Below are positions 1 through 14,376 of a stretch of DNA of 64,000 nucleotides, one piece after another. The translations under genes and the position numbers were made by a program. The notes beneath the pieces are model-generated. The model ran no database searches. It had not been told where the DNA came from and saw only the letters and a list, made by a program, of their open reading frames with translations. This DNA comes from Octopus vulgaris (lineage: Eukaryota), in the NCBI GenBank assembly GCA_951406725.2, contig OX597828.1, positions 75,578,001 through 75,642,000 of the forward strand, in the 5' to 3' direction. Position 1 is the stretch's first letter, and each line of letters starts with the position of its first letter.

Positions 1-149
1 CATATGAAATGACCATGTCTCGCACATATGGTTGTGATGCATGTGCCTGGTATACACTTATCAGACAGGTAGTCATAATGTGTATAGTGGGCTTCGTATA
101 TTTGTACCTTAGTGTCACTTTGATGGCATGCACTGCTCTCTCACTCAGT
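1..149 (+). mobile_element. 3' end of a (TAA)n-associated retroelement, family 3 (non-coding 3' UTR-like segment)
   Basis: ATGCATGTGCCTGGT...CTTATCAGAC.GGTAGTCAT...CTCTCTCACTCAG followed by (AAT)n. The same ~110 bp recurs inverted at 30466-30575, also between TTA repeats. Confidence 0.55.
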
Positions 150-158
150 GATAATAAT

Positions 159-515
159 AACAAGAGCACTCAGAGAGCGCAAACCTCCGCCAAAGCAACA
201 CCAACGTCCTCTCATCGATTAGCCAGAGATGATTTTTTTAAATGAGAATATCTGAAATAAACTCGACTGCTCTCATAAACGAGAATACTATAAATAAACC
301 CGACCGCTCTCAAAAATTAAGTTTAAAAAACCCGGAAAAATAATCCAGAATCCTTGCCTGGTAAATCTAATCCGTTCGTGCTAGTCACGTGGTCAAACAT
401 CACTGAAAGTTTTATCCGAATCCGTCCAGCGGTTCTTGAGATATCTTGTCCACGGGCAAGCAAGCCAACATACTCAATTGAAAACAATACCTCCGTCTTT
501 GCTAAGGCGGGGGTA
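159..515 (-). mobile_element. DINE-1/HINE-like non-autonomous Helentron-type element
   Basis: Terminal hairpin TACCTCCGTC-TTTGCTAA-GGCGGGGGTA at 488-515. Subterminal ACCTCCGCC copy at ~183, GCACTCAGAGAGCGC stem-loop and AACAAGAG end. A second copy lies at 22364-22730. Confidence 0.65.
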
Positions 516-532
516 ATAATAATATTAATAAA

Positions 533-564
<32 letters not shown>

Positions 565-632
565 TAATAATAATGATAATAATAATGATAATAATAATGA
601 TAATAATAATAATAACAATAATAATAATGATG

Positions 633-702
<70 letters not shown>

Positions 703-726
703 TAATAATAATGATGATAATAATAA

Positions 727-780
<54 letters not shown>

Positions 781-803
781 TAATAATAATGATAATAATA
801 ATG

Positions 804-840
<37 letters not shown>

Positions 841-854
841 TGATAATAATGATG

Positions 855-894
<40 letters not shown>

Positions 895-898
895 TAAT

Positions 899-933
<35 letters not shown>

Positions 934-950
934 TAATAATAATAATAATG
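514..950. repeat. (AAT)n/(GAT) microsatellite, ~440 bp
   Basis: Direct reading; source of the poly-Ile ORF 354-974. Confidence 0.98.
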
Positions 951-1353
951 AAAGAACTAAAAAGTAGAGAATAAAAAAAGGGAGGAGGAGAACAATAACA
1001 GCAAAGAGGCGAAGAGGAAGAAGAGCAAGTAATAGAAAGAACGAGAGAATGAAAAGAATAAGAAAAAGAAGAAAAAGAAGAAACGAACGAGTAGTTTTAC
1101 TGGATCCAGTAAAGAATTAGAAAGGACACGGCTTCCGAACGAAACGGAATTGGTCTCGGAGAGAATGTAGACGTCATAGGTTTGATGATTTAACTCATCA
1201 TTAAACTCTAGCAGCACTAATTAAAAGATATTTACTTTGTCTTTGCATAGATTCATTTAAGCAGTAATCAGCTTAATATTTCTGTCTTGAAATAATCACT
1301 GTAATTGAAACGGCGGAACTTCTGTCACTTCAGCTGAGGAGTTGCTAAAAATA

Positions 1354-1356
<3 letters not shown>

Positions 1357-1429
<73 letters not shown>

Positions 1430-1465
1430 CGTGTGTGTGTGTGTGTGCGTGTGTGTATGTGTGTT
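1357..1465. repeat. (GT)n microsatellite
   Basis: Direct reading. Confidence 0.97.
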
Positions 1466-2639
1466 TATGTATCAGCTTGTAGCAACACAATGTGCGTCAA
1501 TTAGAATCACTGTTTTCCCTTTTTCTTTTTATTTATCATAAATGAAAGGGATTCATCAGAGCAGTCATTTGACCTCCCAAATATGACAGTCAAGCTGACA
1601 ATTCCGTTAGACTATAATGTACCGTTTAAGAAATGGGAAATCACATTAAAGGGTATAGTTCTAGATAAACTCCCTCAAATTGCATGCACAAGCACTGCTA
1701 GAATACTTTTAATCATAGACTGATCACAGGCTGAACGGCACCCAATACCAGCAGCTAAATTAACGACAATAATCAAATGTCGAATTTTCAAAGCGTGGAT
1801 TTTGGGGGTAAAATTGAAGATATAAGCTCCACCTAAAAGACTACGAAATAAAAACCTCCTCCTAAAATCTGCTGCCGGGTTTGAACTCAGGGTCTGACCT
1901 TTCTGCGTTGTAATTTTGTAACCGTTTCCTACTGGCTCACGGAGCTTCACTTCGTTGTCACAACAAAATGAAAATTTGAATTAGCCCAAGCAACGTAAAC
2001 ATTACTAATGTCATATACTTAATGCATGCCTTTGGCTTAAATGCATTTAGGCTGTGGTACTTCGTTCGGGGGAGGTCCCTTTAAGATGTCGATTGCTAAA
2101 ACAAACACTCCATATCTTAAAACTAGGCCATAGGTGAACGAGAGCAGTAGATATCCGTATTTCGCTGCTATCTCGCCCCTCATTGGTGCTGAATGCACGT
2201 GGCACCATCGGAGCAGACACAAATTGTCGTTCTGGGGTATTATATGGAAATAGTGTAAACTCTGTCCGCACAAGTAAAACAAATTTTCATCTTGAGTTAG
2301 AAGCAGATCTAATAATGTAAATGTTGATGTCACATAATGGATGTGATTTGTTTAAACTCTTAGGTTGCTGTATTTCGTCCAAGGAAAGTGTTGTGGAGGA
2401 AATCCCCCGAATGAGAGAAGTGGACTGTTCCACCACAAATAAATAGGGGACAGACACAACTACTGGAGTCAGCCAGCGAGGTAGGCCGTTCCAGCAAGTC
2501 ACGCAGACGATGAAGTACGTCGTTATAATGCGGGACATAAAAGAAGATATCTTCGACAGATAGAGATTACGCTATTTGCATACACCTCGGGCTACCGAAG
2601 CAATCTGAAATCGTTTTGAGTATACGGATCCGATGCGGT

Positions 2640-2800
2640 GAGAGAATAGGGAAATATCGATATCTAGTGATATCATCCTTCTACGAGGTGATTCCTTTTC
2701 CTGGTTTTGAGGTATACAGTGTTTTCTTTTTAACACTCTACACCTTAAAAGGATTTGCATGACCGGCATATTGCAGACGAAAAACCTGTAAACAGAGCGA
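2640..2800 (+). pseudogene. Possible highly decayed Gypsy-like pol remnant (region before the integrase zinc-binding domain)
   Basis: Broken frames give REISISSDIILLRGD / VIP and KDLHDRHIADEKPVNRA, loosely like the RxELS...GIILRGxRVVIP...LHxGHxGxEK...RA pattern. Weak match. Confidence 0.25.
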
Positions 2801-3009
2801 TATATTAAAGCATTTGATATCTATTATGTGGCTTGTTACAACTGAGCTATAACAAGTCCTATGTTATAACTGTGACCTGTAAAATCTCGCCAGTTCCTTC
2901 ATTGTCAAGAATCCCAGCAAACCTGCTCCTTCATAAATTAGACCACATCAGGTCCCTGATTGAACAGCGACAGCAGATTAGAATTATAATCCACCTGCTT
3001 CCACCCATT

Positions 3010-3199
3010 CTCTCTCTCTCTCTCTACATATATATACATACATACATATATATACATATATGCGTGTGTGTGTGTGTGTATTGATATGTATGTATATATA
3101 TGATATATATGTATGCATATGTACGCATGTATATTTGCGTATGCATATATGTTTATATATATTGTACATATGTATATGTACATATGTACATATATATAA

Positions 3200-3255
<56 letters not shown>

Positions 3256-3295
3256 ATACTTATAAATATACATGCATATACACACATGTATATGT

Positions 3296-3346
<51 letters not shown>

Positions 3347-3595
3347 ATGTATACGCATATATACATGCATATATTTACATACATATATATGCATACATAC
3401 ATATGAATATATATATACATACATATATACGTACATAGAGTTACATATATACATGTATACATTTACATACATATATATGCATACATATATATGAATATAT
3501 ATACATACATATATACGTACATAGAGTTACATATATACACGTATACATTTACATATATCTATATATCTGTATATCTACACACACACACACACACG
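3010..3595. repeat. Compound CT/TA/CA/GT microsatellite with an internal ~88-bp tandem duplication (3391-3560)
   Basis: ATATACGTACATAGAGTTACATATATACAYGTATACATTTACATA occurs twice about 88 bp apart. Confidence 0.9.
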
Positions 3596-4404
3596 CAACA
3601 CACCTTACAGCTAATTCCGTTCATCGGCGTCTTATGAGCCCTTTTCGCTCAACTCTCTCACCTCTCAGATCTATCACTTCTTGCTTTCAACCTTATGACC
3701 CTGAACTATAAAAAAACCCCCAAAACCCCCACTAAAGTGTTAATTTCCCTCCCCTTTGAATATTTTCTTTATCCCCTTTCGTCCTTTCTTCTCAAAGGAC
3801 TTCAGGTCGTATCATTCACCGCACTCAATCACTTCCTTTTTATAGAAAAAGGAGACTTCATATTGCGCACACATTGTTCTTTTTGTTTTTTGTATGTTTT
3901 ATTATATTGCTAACACTTTTAAGCTGCATCACCTGCAATACTGACGTAGATTACGGCCTGATTCTCTGTAAAACAATTAGTGATAAAATATATATATCGG
4001 TAAACACTAATGTGTAGCAGCCTCGTTCTCGATGTAGTAAAACGAATTTAACGCCATACAACGCGTCGAAGAATTAATAAAACTTATAACGTGTGACACA
4101 GAATGGGAATTGGAAATTGTGATTCAAAATGTGTTAAATGCTGTTTGTAATCGTAGGAGTAAGTAGAAATACTATTTCGAGCGTTCCGTTGGTGCTAATA
4201 CCACATTACTAGGTTTCAATTACAAAGATTAGAAAAAAAACCCTCAAGCAAAACAAAGATGTCTGCATTATTCTAAACAGAAAAATGGCAGTGCATACGC
4301 AAGCATTAACACCACATTCATACATTATGTGCAGATATGGATAAAATTCAATCTCATCTACCTAGCTGGCTATCATACGATATGATATGATATGATATGA
4401 TTTG

Positions 4405-4440
<36 letters not shown>

Positions 4441-4706
4441 TATGTATATGTATATCTATATATATCATATGTATATGTATATATATCATATGTATATGTA
4501 TATCTATATATGATAATTGATAAAGAAGACAGAAGATAGATGTGACACTAGTCTTCATTCAGTACACACACACACACGTTATAAGTATACGCAAACATTA
4601 CATTACATTATATATATATTAATCAATATAAGGGTAGTAAAAAATTCAATAGAAATTTTTTGCCACCAGCGGTCTAGTGAGAAAGAGAAAATAGTCACAG
4701 ACTATG

Positions 4707-4891
4707 TATATAATTTCAACAACATTGAGCAACGGCCCCGATAGGCCATTCGACCCACTAGAAAGAGCACCCAAGACTCAAACCGCTAAATAGTAGTAAT
4801 TCAGAAACTAAAGGAAAATTAAAAAAACTGCTCTTGGCTGCTCTTTCTAGTGGGTCGAATGGCCTATCGGGGCCGTTCCTCAATGTTGTTG

Positions 4892-4901
<10 letters not shown>
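4707..4901. repeat. Near-perfect inverted repeat (70-bp arms, 55-nt spacer) abutting (TA)n; MITE or foldback element
   Basis: 4707-4776 versus the reverse complement of 4832-4901: 68/70 identical by manual alignment. Confidence 0.9.
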
Positions 4902-4941
<40 letters not shown>

Positions 4942-5008
4942 AAGACAAACATATAATATTGAAATATAAATGCTATAAGTATGTGTAAAAATTACATGTA
5001 TGTATATT

Positions 5009-5301
5009 CAGTGGTGGACTGAATCTAAACGTATTGATTGCCAGGAGACTAAGGGGGGCCACCAGTGACTACAATGCTGTCGTTTAATTGTATTCTTTTT
5101 GTTAAAAGTTTTCTTTTCAGCTGTCTACAAACACCACCAGGCTGAAATAATTAATGCATTCTTCCAGGAGTGAATAAAGAACTCTCAAATTTGAGGGGAT
5201 GGGTTCCTTAGATACTAACATGGGCAACCAGATATGGATTCTAATGGCGCAGGGGCCCTCTTGCCATCGGGCAAGCTGATAACTTGGCTTGTCCGCCACT
5301 G
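5009..5301. mobile_element. hAT-like MITE
   Basis: TIRs CAGTGGTGGAC...GTCCGCCACTG; imperfect 8-bp flanks TGTATATT / CGTATATA; GGGCCC motifs near both ends. Confidence 0.55.
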
Positions 5302-6109
5302 CGTATATATGTGTAATGTCTAATTTTATAATATTTCTAATAATTGAATACTAAATATTATATATGCGTATGTATGTGCATGCATATGTCTATTTGTGAG
5401 TGTATATATATTTACATGAATACAATAAATAGAATCCAGTGCTTATACATATATACGCACACAAAAACACATATATGCATACATACATACATACACACAC
5501 ACAGACACGCAAAGCATACGTGTGTATCGCCATATGTGCTTGAAATATGTGTACGTATGTAGGCGTTTTTACGTGTGTGCACCTTGTGTACACACACACA
5601 CACATATATATGATGTGTGTGTTCAAGTTCAACACTCCACGTGAACAAGTGTTTTGCTTCCTATTCAGCACTTAAAGAAAGCACTTGATTAACTTTTCTA
5701 GATATTACAACAATACCAGAAACGTCAACAACAACATCATTAGCATCAACAGCAGAGGTACGAAGACGACGACGGATTCGGCGATAATGTTTCAAAGCAA
5801 AAACAGAAAGTCTACAAGAAGAGCAACAACAACCATTGAATCATGAATCATCATGAAGCTCAGTAACAACAACAACACCAACGACCTTAGTGATGAGCAA
5901 CATAAAGCCGTCCAAAAAACAAAAAAAGCGGTAAATAGAAGCCGTCATTCTCCTTCTCCAACAATGGCAGCAGAAATATTGGTGATGTAAAAGTTGTTGA
6001 GATTTTTTCACTAGTTGTCTTCCAGTTCTAGTTTTCGCGATTACACACATAACTTTGTACACATATGTGTGTGAGTGCACGCATGCACGTACCCACAGAA
6101 ACCCACAGC

Positions 6110-6647
6110 TATACAAACATATATATATATATATATATACACGCGTGCGCACATACACATCTGTATATGTACAAGTGTGTATATATACATGCAACACACA
6201 CATATATATATATATACTTATATATATATCTTATATATGCATATATATATATATATATATACCTTATGTATACATATATATATATATATATATGCGTATA
6301 TATATACATATATATATATGCGTATATATATACATATATATATACATGCGTATATATATAACTATATATACATGCGTATATATATATATACATATGTATA
6401 TATATACACATACAAATACATACACATACATATATGTACACACATACATATATACATTATATATATACATACATTCATTACATATATATATATATACATT
6501 ATATATATACACATATATCTATATATACATTATATACATATATACATTATATATATATATTTATATATACACATATATCTATATATACATTATATACATA
6601 TATACATTATATATATATATATATATATATATTATGTATATATACAT

Positions 6648-6698
<51 letters not shown>

Positions 6699-6712
6699 TC
6701 ACACACACACAT
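6110..6712. repeat. Compound (TA)n/(TATACA) satellite
   Basis: Direct reading; includes short higher-order duplications. Confidence 0.97.
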
Positions 6713-7337
6713 AATTGCTCTGTGTTACATCGTTTACTAAACTATATTCTTTTCTGCTTTGTTCTATTCTTCTAATCTGTTATTCTCTGTTCTCATTTTT
6801 TTTCTCTTTCCATTTTCTCCTATACCGTTTGTTTATTTTGATAGAATCTCTTCTTTTGTCTCACTCAATAAACCAATTAATATTTACTTAAGATAAACAA
6901 TAGAATAATTACTGTTTTCCTCACTCGTCAACGCCAAGAATTTTCAAGAAATCTTTCTAATTTCCAAGTAGCTACTTGGTCGACGATATCTCCACTAACC
7001 TTATCATTATTTCCCAGAATACCAACCAAATTGAATTTCACGCTTCATTGCTCATGTTCAGTCGCCATATTGTTGTTTATAACTAGAGAGGAAGCCTTCA
7101 CATGGTTATTTAATTTGGTAGAAATAACAGCGATGGATGCCTTAAATTATGCCCTGTACTTAAAACAAAAATCGAAGAGTGAGTTTGTATGATGTAACTC
7201 TAGATTAGTAGTCTTCAACTGGGGTCCACAAGACCCTTCGGGGCCCATATTACACTTGAGGTCTCTATGATCTTTGCGGGTCTATATGATACTTGAGAGT
7301 CCATATAAGTTTTTGTTGATGCAATTTATCTATAATA

Positions 7338-7990
7338 ATCCTTTCTATTATAGGCACAAGGCCTGAAATTTGGTGGGAGGGGACTAGTCAATTACATCGA
7401 TCCCAGAATTTCACTGGTACTTAATTTATCGACCCCAAAAAATGACAGACAAAGCTGAACTCGGCGGAACTCAGAATGTAGCAACGGGCGAAATGCATTT
7501 CGTCCACAATGCTAACAATTTTGCCAGATCGCCTTCTTAATAATAACAATTCCCTAACGATTCCGTCAAATCATTAATAATGAGAGTGTTCCAAATTTTA
7601 GCACATCGCCAGTCATTTTAGCAGGAGGGGACTAATTGATTAAATAGACCCCAGTGCGTAACTGGTACTCAATTTATCGACCCTGAAAGGATGGAAGGCA
7701 AAGTCGACTTGCGCGGAATTTGAACTCAGAACGTAGCAACGGACAAAATACCTATTTCTATTTCTTTACTACCCACAAGGGGCTAAACACAGAGAGAACA
7801 AACAAGGACAGACAAACGGATTAAGTCGATTATATCGACCCCATTGCGTAACTGGTACTTATTTAATCGACCCGAAAGGATGAAAGGCAACGTCGACCTC
7901 GGCGGAATAAGAACTCAGAACGTAGCGGCAGACGAAATACTGCTAAGCATTTCGCCCGGCGTGCTAACGATTACAGCCAGCTCGCCTCCT
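7338..7990 (-). mobile_element. Three copies of SINE family A (tRNA head plus Meta/MESC-like core), including a head-to-tail dimer at 7590-7990
   Basis: Reverse complement of the box A-like TGGCAGAATCG, box B GAGTTCAAATTCC and core GCCTTTCATCCTTTCGGGGTCGATAAATTAAGTACCAG. Confidence 0.85.
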
Positions 7991-8209
7991 TGATGATGAT
8001 GATGATGATGATAATGATAATAAAAAAGAGTGGGCAGTAATAGTTTGAAAGGGTGGGAAGTAAAGGAGATAGTTTTTTTTTAGTTTCCACTGGTCTTTGA
8101 AGGATTGGAACTAAAGGCACAACAGGAACTAAGGAAATACTGAAAAATATTTTGTTCGAATCCCTACCGATTCCGTCAAATCATTATTAATAATAATATT
8201 CCAAAGTTG

Positions 8210-8662
8210 TCTATAGTAATAAACGCTAAATTCTGTCTGCCCGCTCGTCCGTCCGTCCGTCCGTCCGTCCGTCTGTCCGTCCGGGAGCCCTGTATCTCAG
8301 TGTACATTTGCTTTACATAGATTTATACCATTTTGGAATCAGGATGTTCCCGGGATTGAAAATCTGCCCTTCATTTGGTTCTTGAACATCCAGCATTGGG
8401 ATCAAGTCTGGGTGAGGATTTCTTATATGCTAACAGTTGAAAATTCGAATTTAAAAAAAAAACACCAACATTTTGTGAATTTACAAGTTTTTCATTTAAA
8501 CAGAATTAAAAGTAATACGGTATTGTTAGGGTAATACCATATTGGTAGGGTACCAATAAATGCTTTATTATTATTTTTTCTCTTTCCCTTTGGGCCGCAG
8601 GTCCTGTTGGCCGTCCAAAGGAGCCAGCCTAAAAGTCCGCACGAATTACGGCTTTAAGCTAG
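8210..8662 (+). mobile_element. Non-autonomous Helitron-like element
   Basis: Starts TCTATAGTAATAAA, then a (GTCC)n microsatellite. Ends with a weak CCG...CGG hairpin followed by CTAG at 8659-8662. Confidence 0.55.
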
Positions 8663-9754
8663 CCTGAAAGAGCTTGCTTTTATTTCCATAATACCCATAT
8701 TTTTTTTAAATTATACAATTCCTAATTATATTTAATTATAAAGAATATAATAGGATTTTTAAAACATGGACTGGCTATGAGGGTCCAACCGAATCCCGAA
8801 TAAAAAAGGAACCAAAGGTGTCCATAGGTGAAAAATGGTTGAGAACCACTGCCGTAGGTGCATAATGTTTGTATAAAAGACAAGATAGTCTCTAGTGGAA
8901 CGTCTTGTAACAGGCGTCCAGTGATCCCTTACTGCTCTTGGTGGGTAAAAGCATTGAATTACAAGCATACACAGGGCTTCAACTTCGCATTCAGATGCGC
9001 TAAAAATAACAACCAAATTTTTCTCAAATTACATCCTTACCATCTTAAAACATAATGGGCAATACAGTACTGTGACTCTTGCACTGAGAACCTCAAACAA
9101 TGACGAGGCACAGTTTTAGTATTGAAGTATAAACCACAAAAAGGTCTTCCAAATGGCTACTAGTCCTGCTAGAAATAATCGTCAACCGTCTCTAACCGAA
9201 TAAAGTTATACTATCGCTATAGAACGATGGAGTGGTTACGGTGTGGCCTCCTATCATCATAGATCTGTTGAAGCAAAGCAGTGCTAGGATTATAAAACAA
9301 TGCCACAATATCAAGTTTTATAAAGAGTCTTCAGCGGGATAAGTGTTTTCCGATTTCACCCCTATATTGCACCAGTACTCATCTCGTAATAATGCATTAT
9401 TGCACTTGAGCTGCACCAGCACATCTGCTCATATATACTGCAGTTGTACAGCTGCCGTGTTGCTGCTATCCTACTTTTGTATTACTGCAATTGTGCAGCT
9501 AAGCCCTCCTTGTGCTCTTCCGGTTTTGCCTCCGTACTACTGCTTTACTGCTTTCATCCATCTAATTCCGTACGGATTCCTTGCTGATGCCGTACTTTTG
9601 AAGCTTTCTACTTTCTGATTCTTCAATCAAACTTCACAATCCACAATTTCCTTTACTGAAATTCTATTCAGAATAGTTTTACATATTTAAGGAATATACC
9701 AAAGTTTCGTAATCAAGATTCAGAATTTAAACACCGTAATTGCATTAACGCTGT

Positions 9755-9950
9755 TGTTATATAACCCCAGGAATATGCTTAACAAGCAAACCTATGATCA
9801 GCTGTGATGGGGCAGATGCTTGCAAATCTTTTTATTTGTTTCTGTGAGGAATATTGTATCAAGGACTACTTCACTTAAGTGTCGCTCCTTTTTTCAATAT
9901 GGTCATCAGTAATTTGAGGGACATTTATCCGATATTGGTAGCAGCTTCAT
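9755..9950 (+). repeat. Old dispersed repeat (family D), degenerate
   Basis: AACCCCAGG...ACCTATGATCA...GGACTAC...ATTTGAGGGA...TAGCAG. Similar decayed copies at ~46980-47160 (+), ~9140-9300 (-) and ~7085-7200 (-). Confidence 0.4.
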
Positions 9951-10194
9951 TCGTCGCAAAGTATTCTTCGTTTAACTTGGATTGTTATTAGTATTGTATT
10001 TCATTGTTGTACCATACACACACGTAGACGCACATCCACACACATATAAAATACATAACGGTCTCGCACGTTGTGGGGTGGTTATCTTCTCTGTCACTGT
10101 ATGAAAATGTGCTTTCTTGCGGCTTCAAGAGTTCTTAAAGTATTATTTCGAGTAATATAAGTGCTACCTGGCACATTCAGTCACAATAAGTGGC

Positions 10195-10260
<66 letters not shown>

Positions 10261-11351
10261 TATATATGATACAAGTTTTTCCTAACAAGGCCCGGGAGTA
10301 TAGTAGTTGGACTGAACCAAAACCACGAGATCGCTCAGTGAGCTTCTTAAACATAGAGCCGTGCTTGCACATATATAGTTTTATGGTCACGTGTGTGCAT
10401 GTCTGTGTCTATCTATCTATCTATCTATCATCACTGTGTGCACTTAATGGTATGTATATTTATTATTTTCGAACCTAATGTAACGAAAGATAAGATTCTT
10501 CCGAGAATGGAGAGACTTCTATTTTGTTTCTTTTTTACAAATAAGGAAAAATAAATTTTTAAAAAAATGAAACCATGAACGGTTTCTTTCGAAAGCATAT
10601 TTCTTATAACATTCTTGCTAATGGTTTCGCTAATACAATTGTGAAATTATAATAACAAAAATAAAAAGCCAATGGAATCTATTGGTTGTTTGAAAGAAGT
10701 CGTTACAATCTTTAACTCAAAATGTCAATGATTGTGAAAGAATTGAATCAGATGAAAGTAGTAAAAGCAAACATAATTTGCTTTATCATCGAGAGAAATG
10801 GTGGATTTGCAGAGAGAAAAGTAAATTGGAAGGAAGCGAAAAAGAAAGTAGACGAGATGGAGTATCAGGCATGTCAACGTCAAAGTCCCAATTTAAAAAC
10901 CAGCAATACTTAAATAAACTTAAACCGAAACTTCACAATCGTTCATTGTAAATATATTCTATATGATACATCAATACATAAACCAAATGAATGGATACAC
11001 AATAGAGATGTTGAAATTACTTCATATTTTTTAACTGTTTTAAAGTATTCTATTGTTTTCTTCTTTTTATAAAAATTTTATTTATATAAAAGGTAATTAG
11101 GAAATCTTTGAAAGCATAAGATAAACAAGATTCCGAAACCATTATTCGCATTCTTTACAATGGCAGCAGCAGCAGCAGCAGTAGCAACAACATTTGCAGC
11201 AGCGACTGTGGTGGCAAGCACATGCTTCAATGGAATCCGTTAACGTATCGACCAAGTTTGAAAACCATTGTTTTACACACAGTGCACGTAACATGTGTGT
11301 ATTTGTTGGTGTCTATGGATATGTGTGTGACAGTACTATGAGCGTATATAA

Positions 11352-11402
<51 letters not shown>

Positions 11403-11754
11403 TATGTGTGTGTGTTTGTGTGTAAGTATGTATGATTATATGTATTTATTATCAGAAGTAGATCTAAATATATATTGATAGAGAGGCGTACATGCAAAGA
11501 TATCGTTACACAGCGACAGACAAACAACATTTACTGGAAGCCATTTTAAGCATTGATATTGTTTAAAATATCGAGAAGCACAATAATGCAGTTAAATCTA
11601 GTTTGACAACACCTTTCATCTGATAAATACACAAAATTTACAGCAACTATATGCGTATGTGCGTGACTGTATGTATATTTATATATACTTACATTCTCAT
11701 ACACACATACATACATACAACATGAATGCATACATGTATTTATGTTTGATTTTT

Positions 11755-12890
<1,136 letters not shown>

Positions 12891-13625
12891 TTTTGAATGA
12901 AGAGTGCCAATGAGATCTTTTAATGTATGCGCATGATATTTCTTGCAGCATTATATTGTGTGGGTGTATATACTCATGTGTCTTTTGTAGTGAATGCATA
13001 TGTCTATGTGTTTGTATGTCTGTATGTATGTTTATGTATGACTGTATGACTGCATTTGTTCGCCAAGAAATGTGGCTTTCTATCGCTTTGATGTAATTCT
13101 GTGTGGTTTATGCGTTTCACAGAGAAATTACGCACAGAAATCTTATTGTTTCAATCGTTTAACAGAATGTGTAAAATATATGTCATATTCAATTGATGGA
13201 AACACGAGAAAGCACGCACAAACCGGCGCCATTCTCCCCATCTCTCTCTCACTCTCTGTTTCACACGTTCATGTGTGTATGTATATATGTACATGTATTT
13301 GTGTGTATGTGTGTGAGAGAGAGGTAGAAAGGGAGGGAAAGCGTGAGAGGGAAGTGTGTGTGAGAGAGAGAGCGAGAGAGAGAGTCAGAGAGATGGCATG
13401 AGACGCAGTGACTTGAGAGATCTCAATAGAAACAAGAGGAAACAATACAATAATTCAATTATTGTATGGAAACAATTTTTGCCTGAATCTCAATAAATAT
13501 TAGAGGTGTATAGCAACTAGAGTGTGTTTATCGTATGTAAACATCTGCACATCCGTCGCATGTGCGTATGCAGAATATCTGTCTATGAAGACATTCTTTC
13601 AGACGTGCGTCGACTTAAACATACA

Positions 13626-13661
<36 letters not shown>

Positions 13662-13662
13662 T

Positions 13663-13737
<75 letters not shown>

Positions 13738-13747
13738 TTATATATAT

Positions 13748-13947
13748 ATAAACAAGAAAGCACAAAAAAACACAACAACGCGAGGACGTGGAACAAATAT
13801 AGTATTATTGGACGCTCAGGAAAGAAGGAAAGAAGGAGGGTGTAACGTTTCGAGCGGAGCTCTTCGTCGGAAACATAGAAGGAAAGATCCAGAGAAGGGA
13901 AGACAGAGGAAAAAAAAATCGCCAACGGTACACACGAGGTCATATTT
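13748..13947 (-). mobile_element. Penelope-like pseudo-LTR remnant with a minimal hammerhead-like motif
   Basis: Minus strand reads CCGACGA-A-GAGC-tcc-GCTC-GAAA-CGTTA (13870-13843), then TTCCTGAGCGT...AATAC...TTTGTT, ending in (TA)n. A related decayed copy lies at ~21465-21600 (+). Confidence 0.6.
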
Positions 13948-14140
13948 GTATACGCGTAGATATATGTATATATACACAGGCAAACATTCATGCAATTGCA
14001 TCAGATTCGAAGTGTCTTAAGGCTGTTGACTTCGCCTCTCCTCTTTTTGTGGTCAGTAAAATGATTCCAGTCATGAGCTGAAGTAGATGTAACAGATTAA
14101 CCCTCTTCACCCCATATTTCAGGCCTTGCACCTGGAAATG

Positions 14141-14187
<47 letters not shown>

Positions 14188-14208
14188 CATCATTATTATT
14201 ATTATTAT

Positions 14209-14365
14209 TAGACGTCGCCCAGTATACAATATCGTGAGGCTGTTGATTGAAAATATTGTGTCTACCGGGGGTTTGTACTGTTTGTCAAGTCACAAGGTCC
14301 TCAGACACACAATACTTTACGCAATGTGCGTGAAGTTGCAAGTAATGCCGGCTTTTGCAATACGC
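14209..14365 (-). mobile_element. 3'-terminal fragment of a second R4/Dong-like RLE LINE family in (TAA)n
   Basis: Minus strand encodes VLQKPALLATSRTLRKVLCV* (stop at 14303-14301), homologous to the C-terminus IQKIALLGTAHILRRTL of the 16-17 kb element. Flanked by TTA repeats on both sides. Confidence 0.75.
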
Positions 14366-14376
14366 AATTATTATTA

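Larger units (their letters stand above)
7208..8852 (+). mobile_element. hAT (Charlie-like) MITE split by nested insertions
   Basis: 5' part TAGTAGTCTTCAACTGGGGTCCA with GGTCCATA subrepeats (7208-7320). 3' part ...GGTGTCCATAGGTGAAAAATGGTTGAGAACCACTG (8710-8852). An independent 3' end of the same family lies at ~45560-45688. Confidence 0.5.

Noticed and set aside
354-974. 206-aa ORF with poly-Ile
   Set aside because: Translation of a HINE-like end plus the (AAT)n microsatellite.
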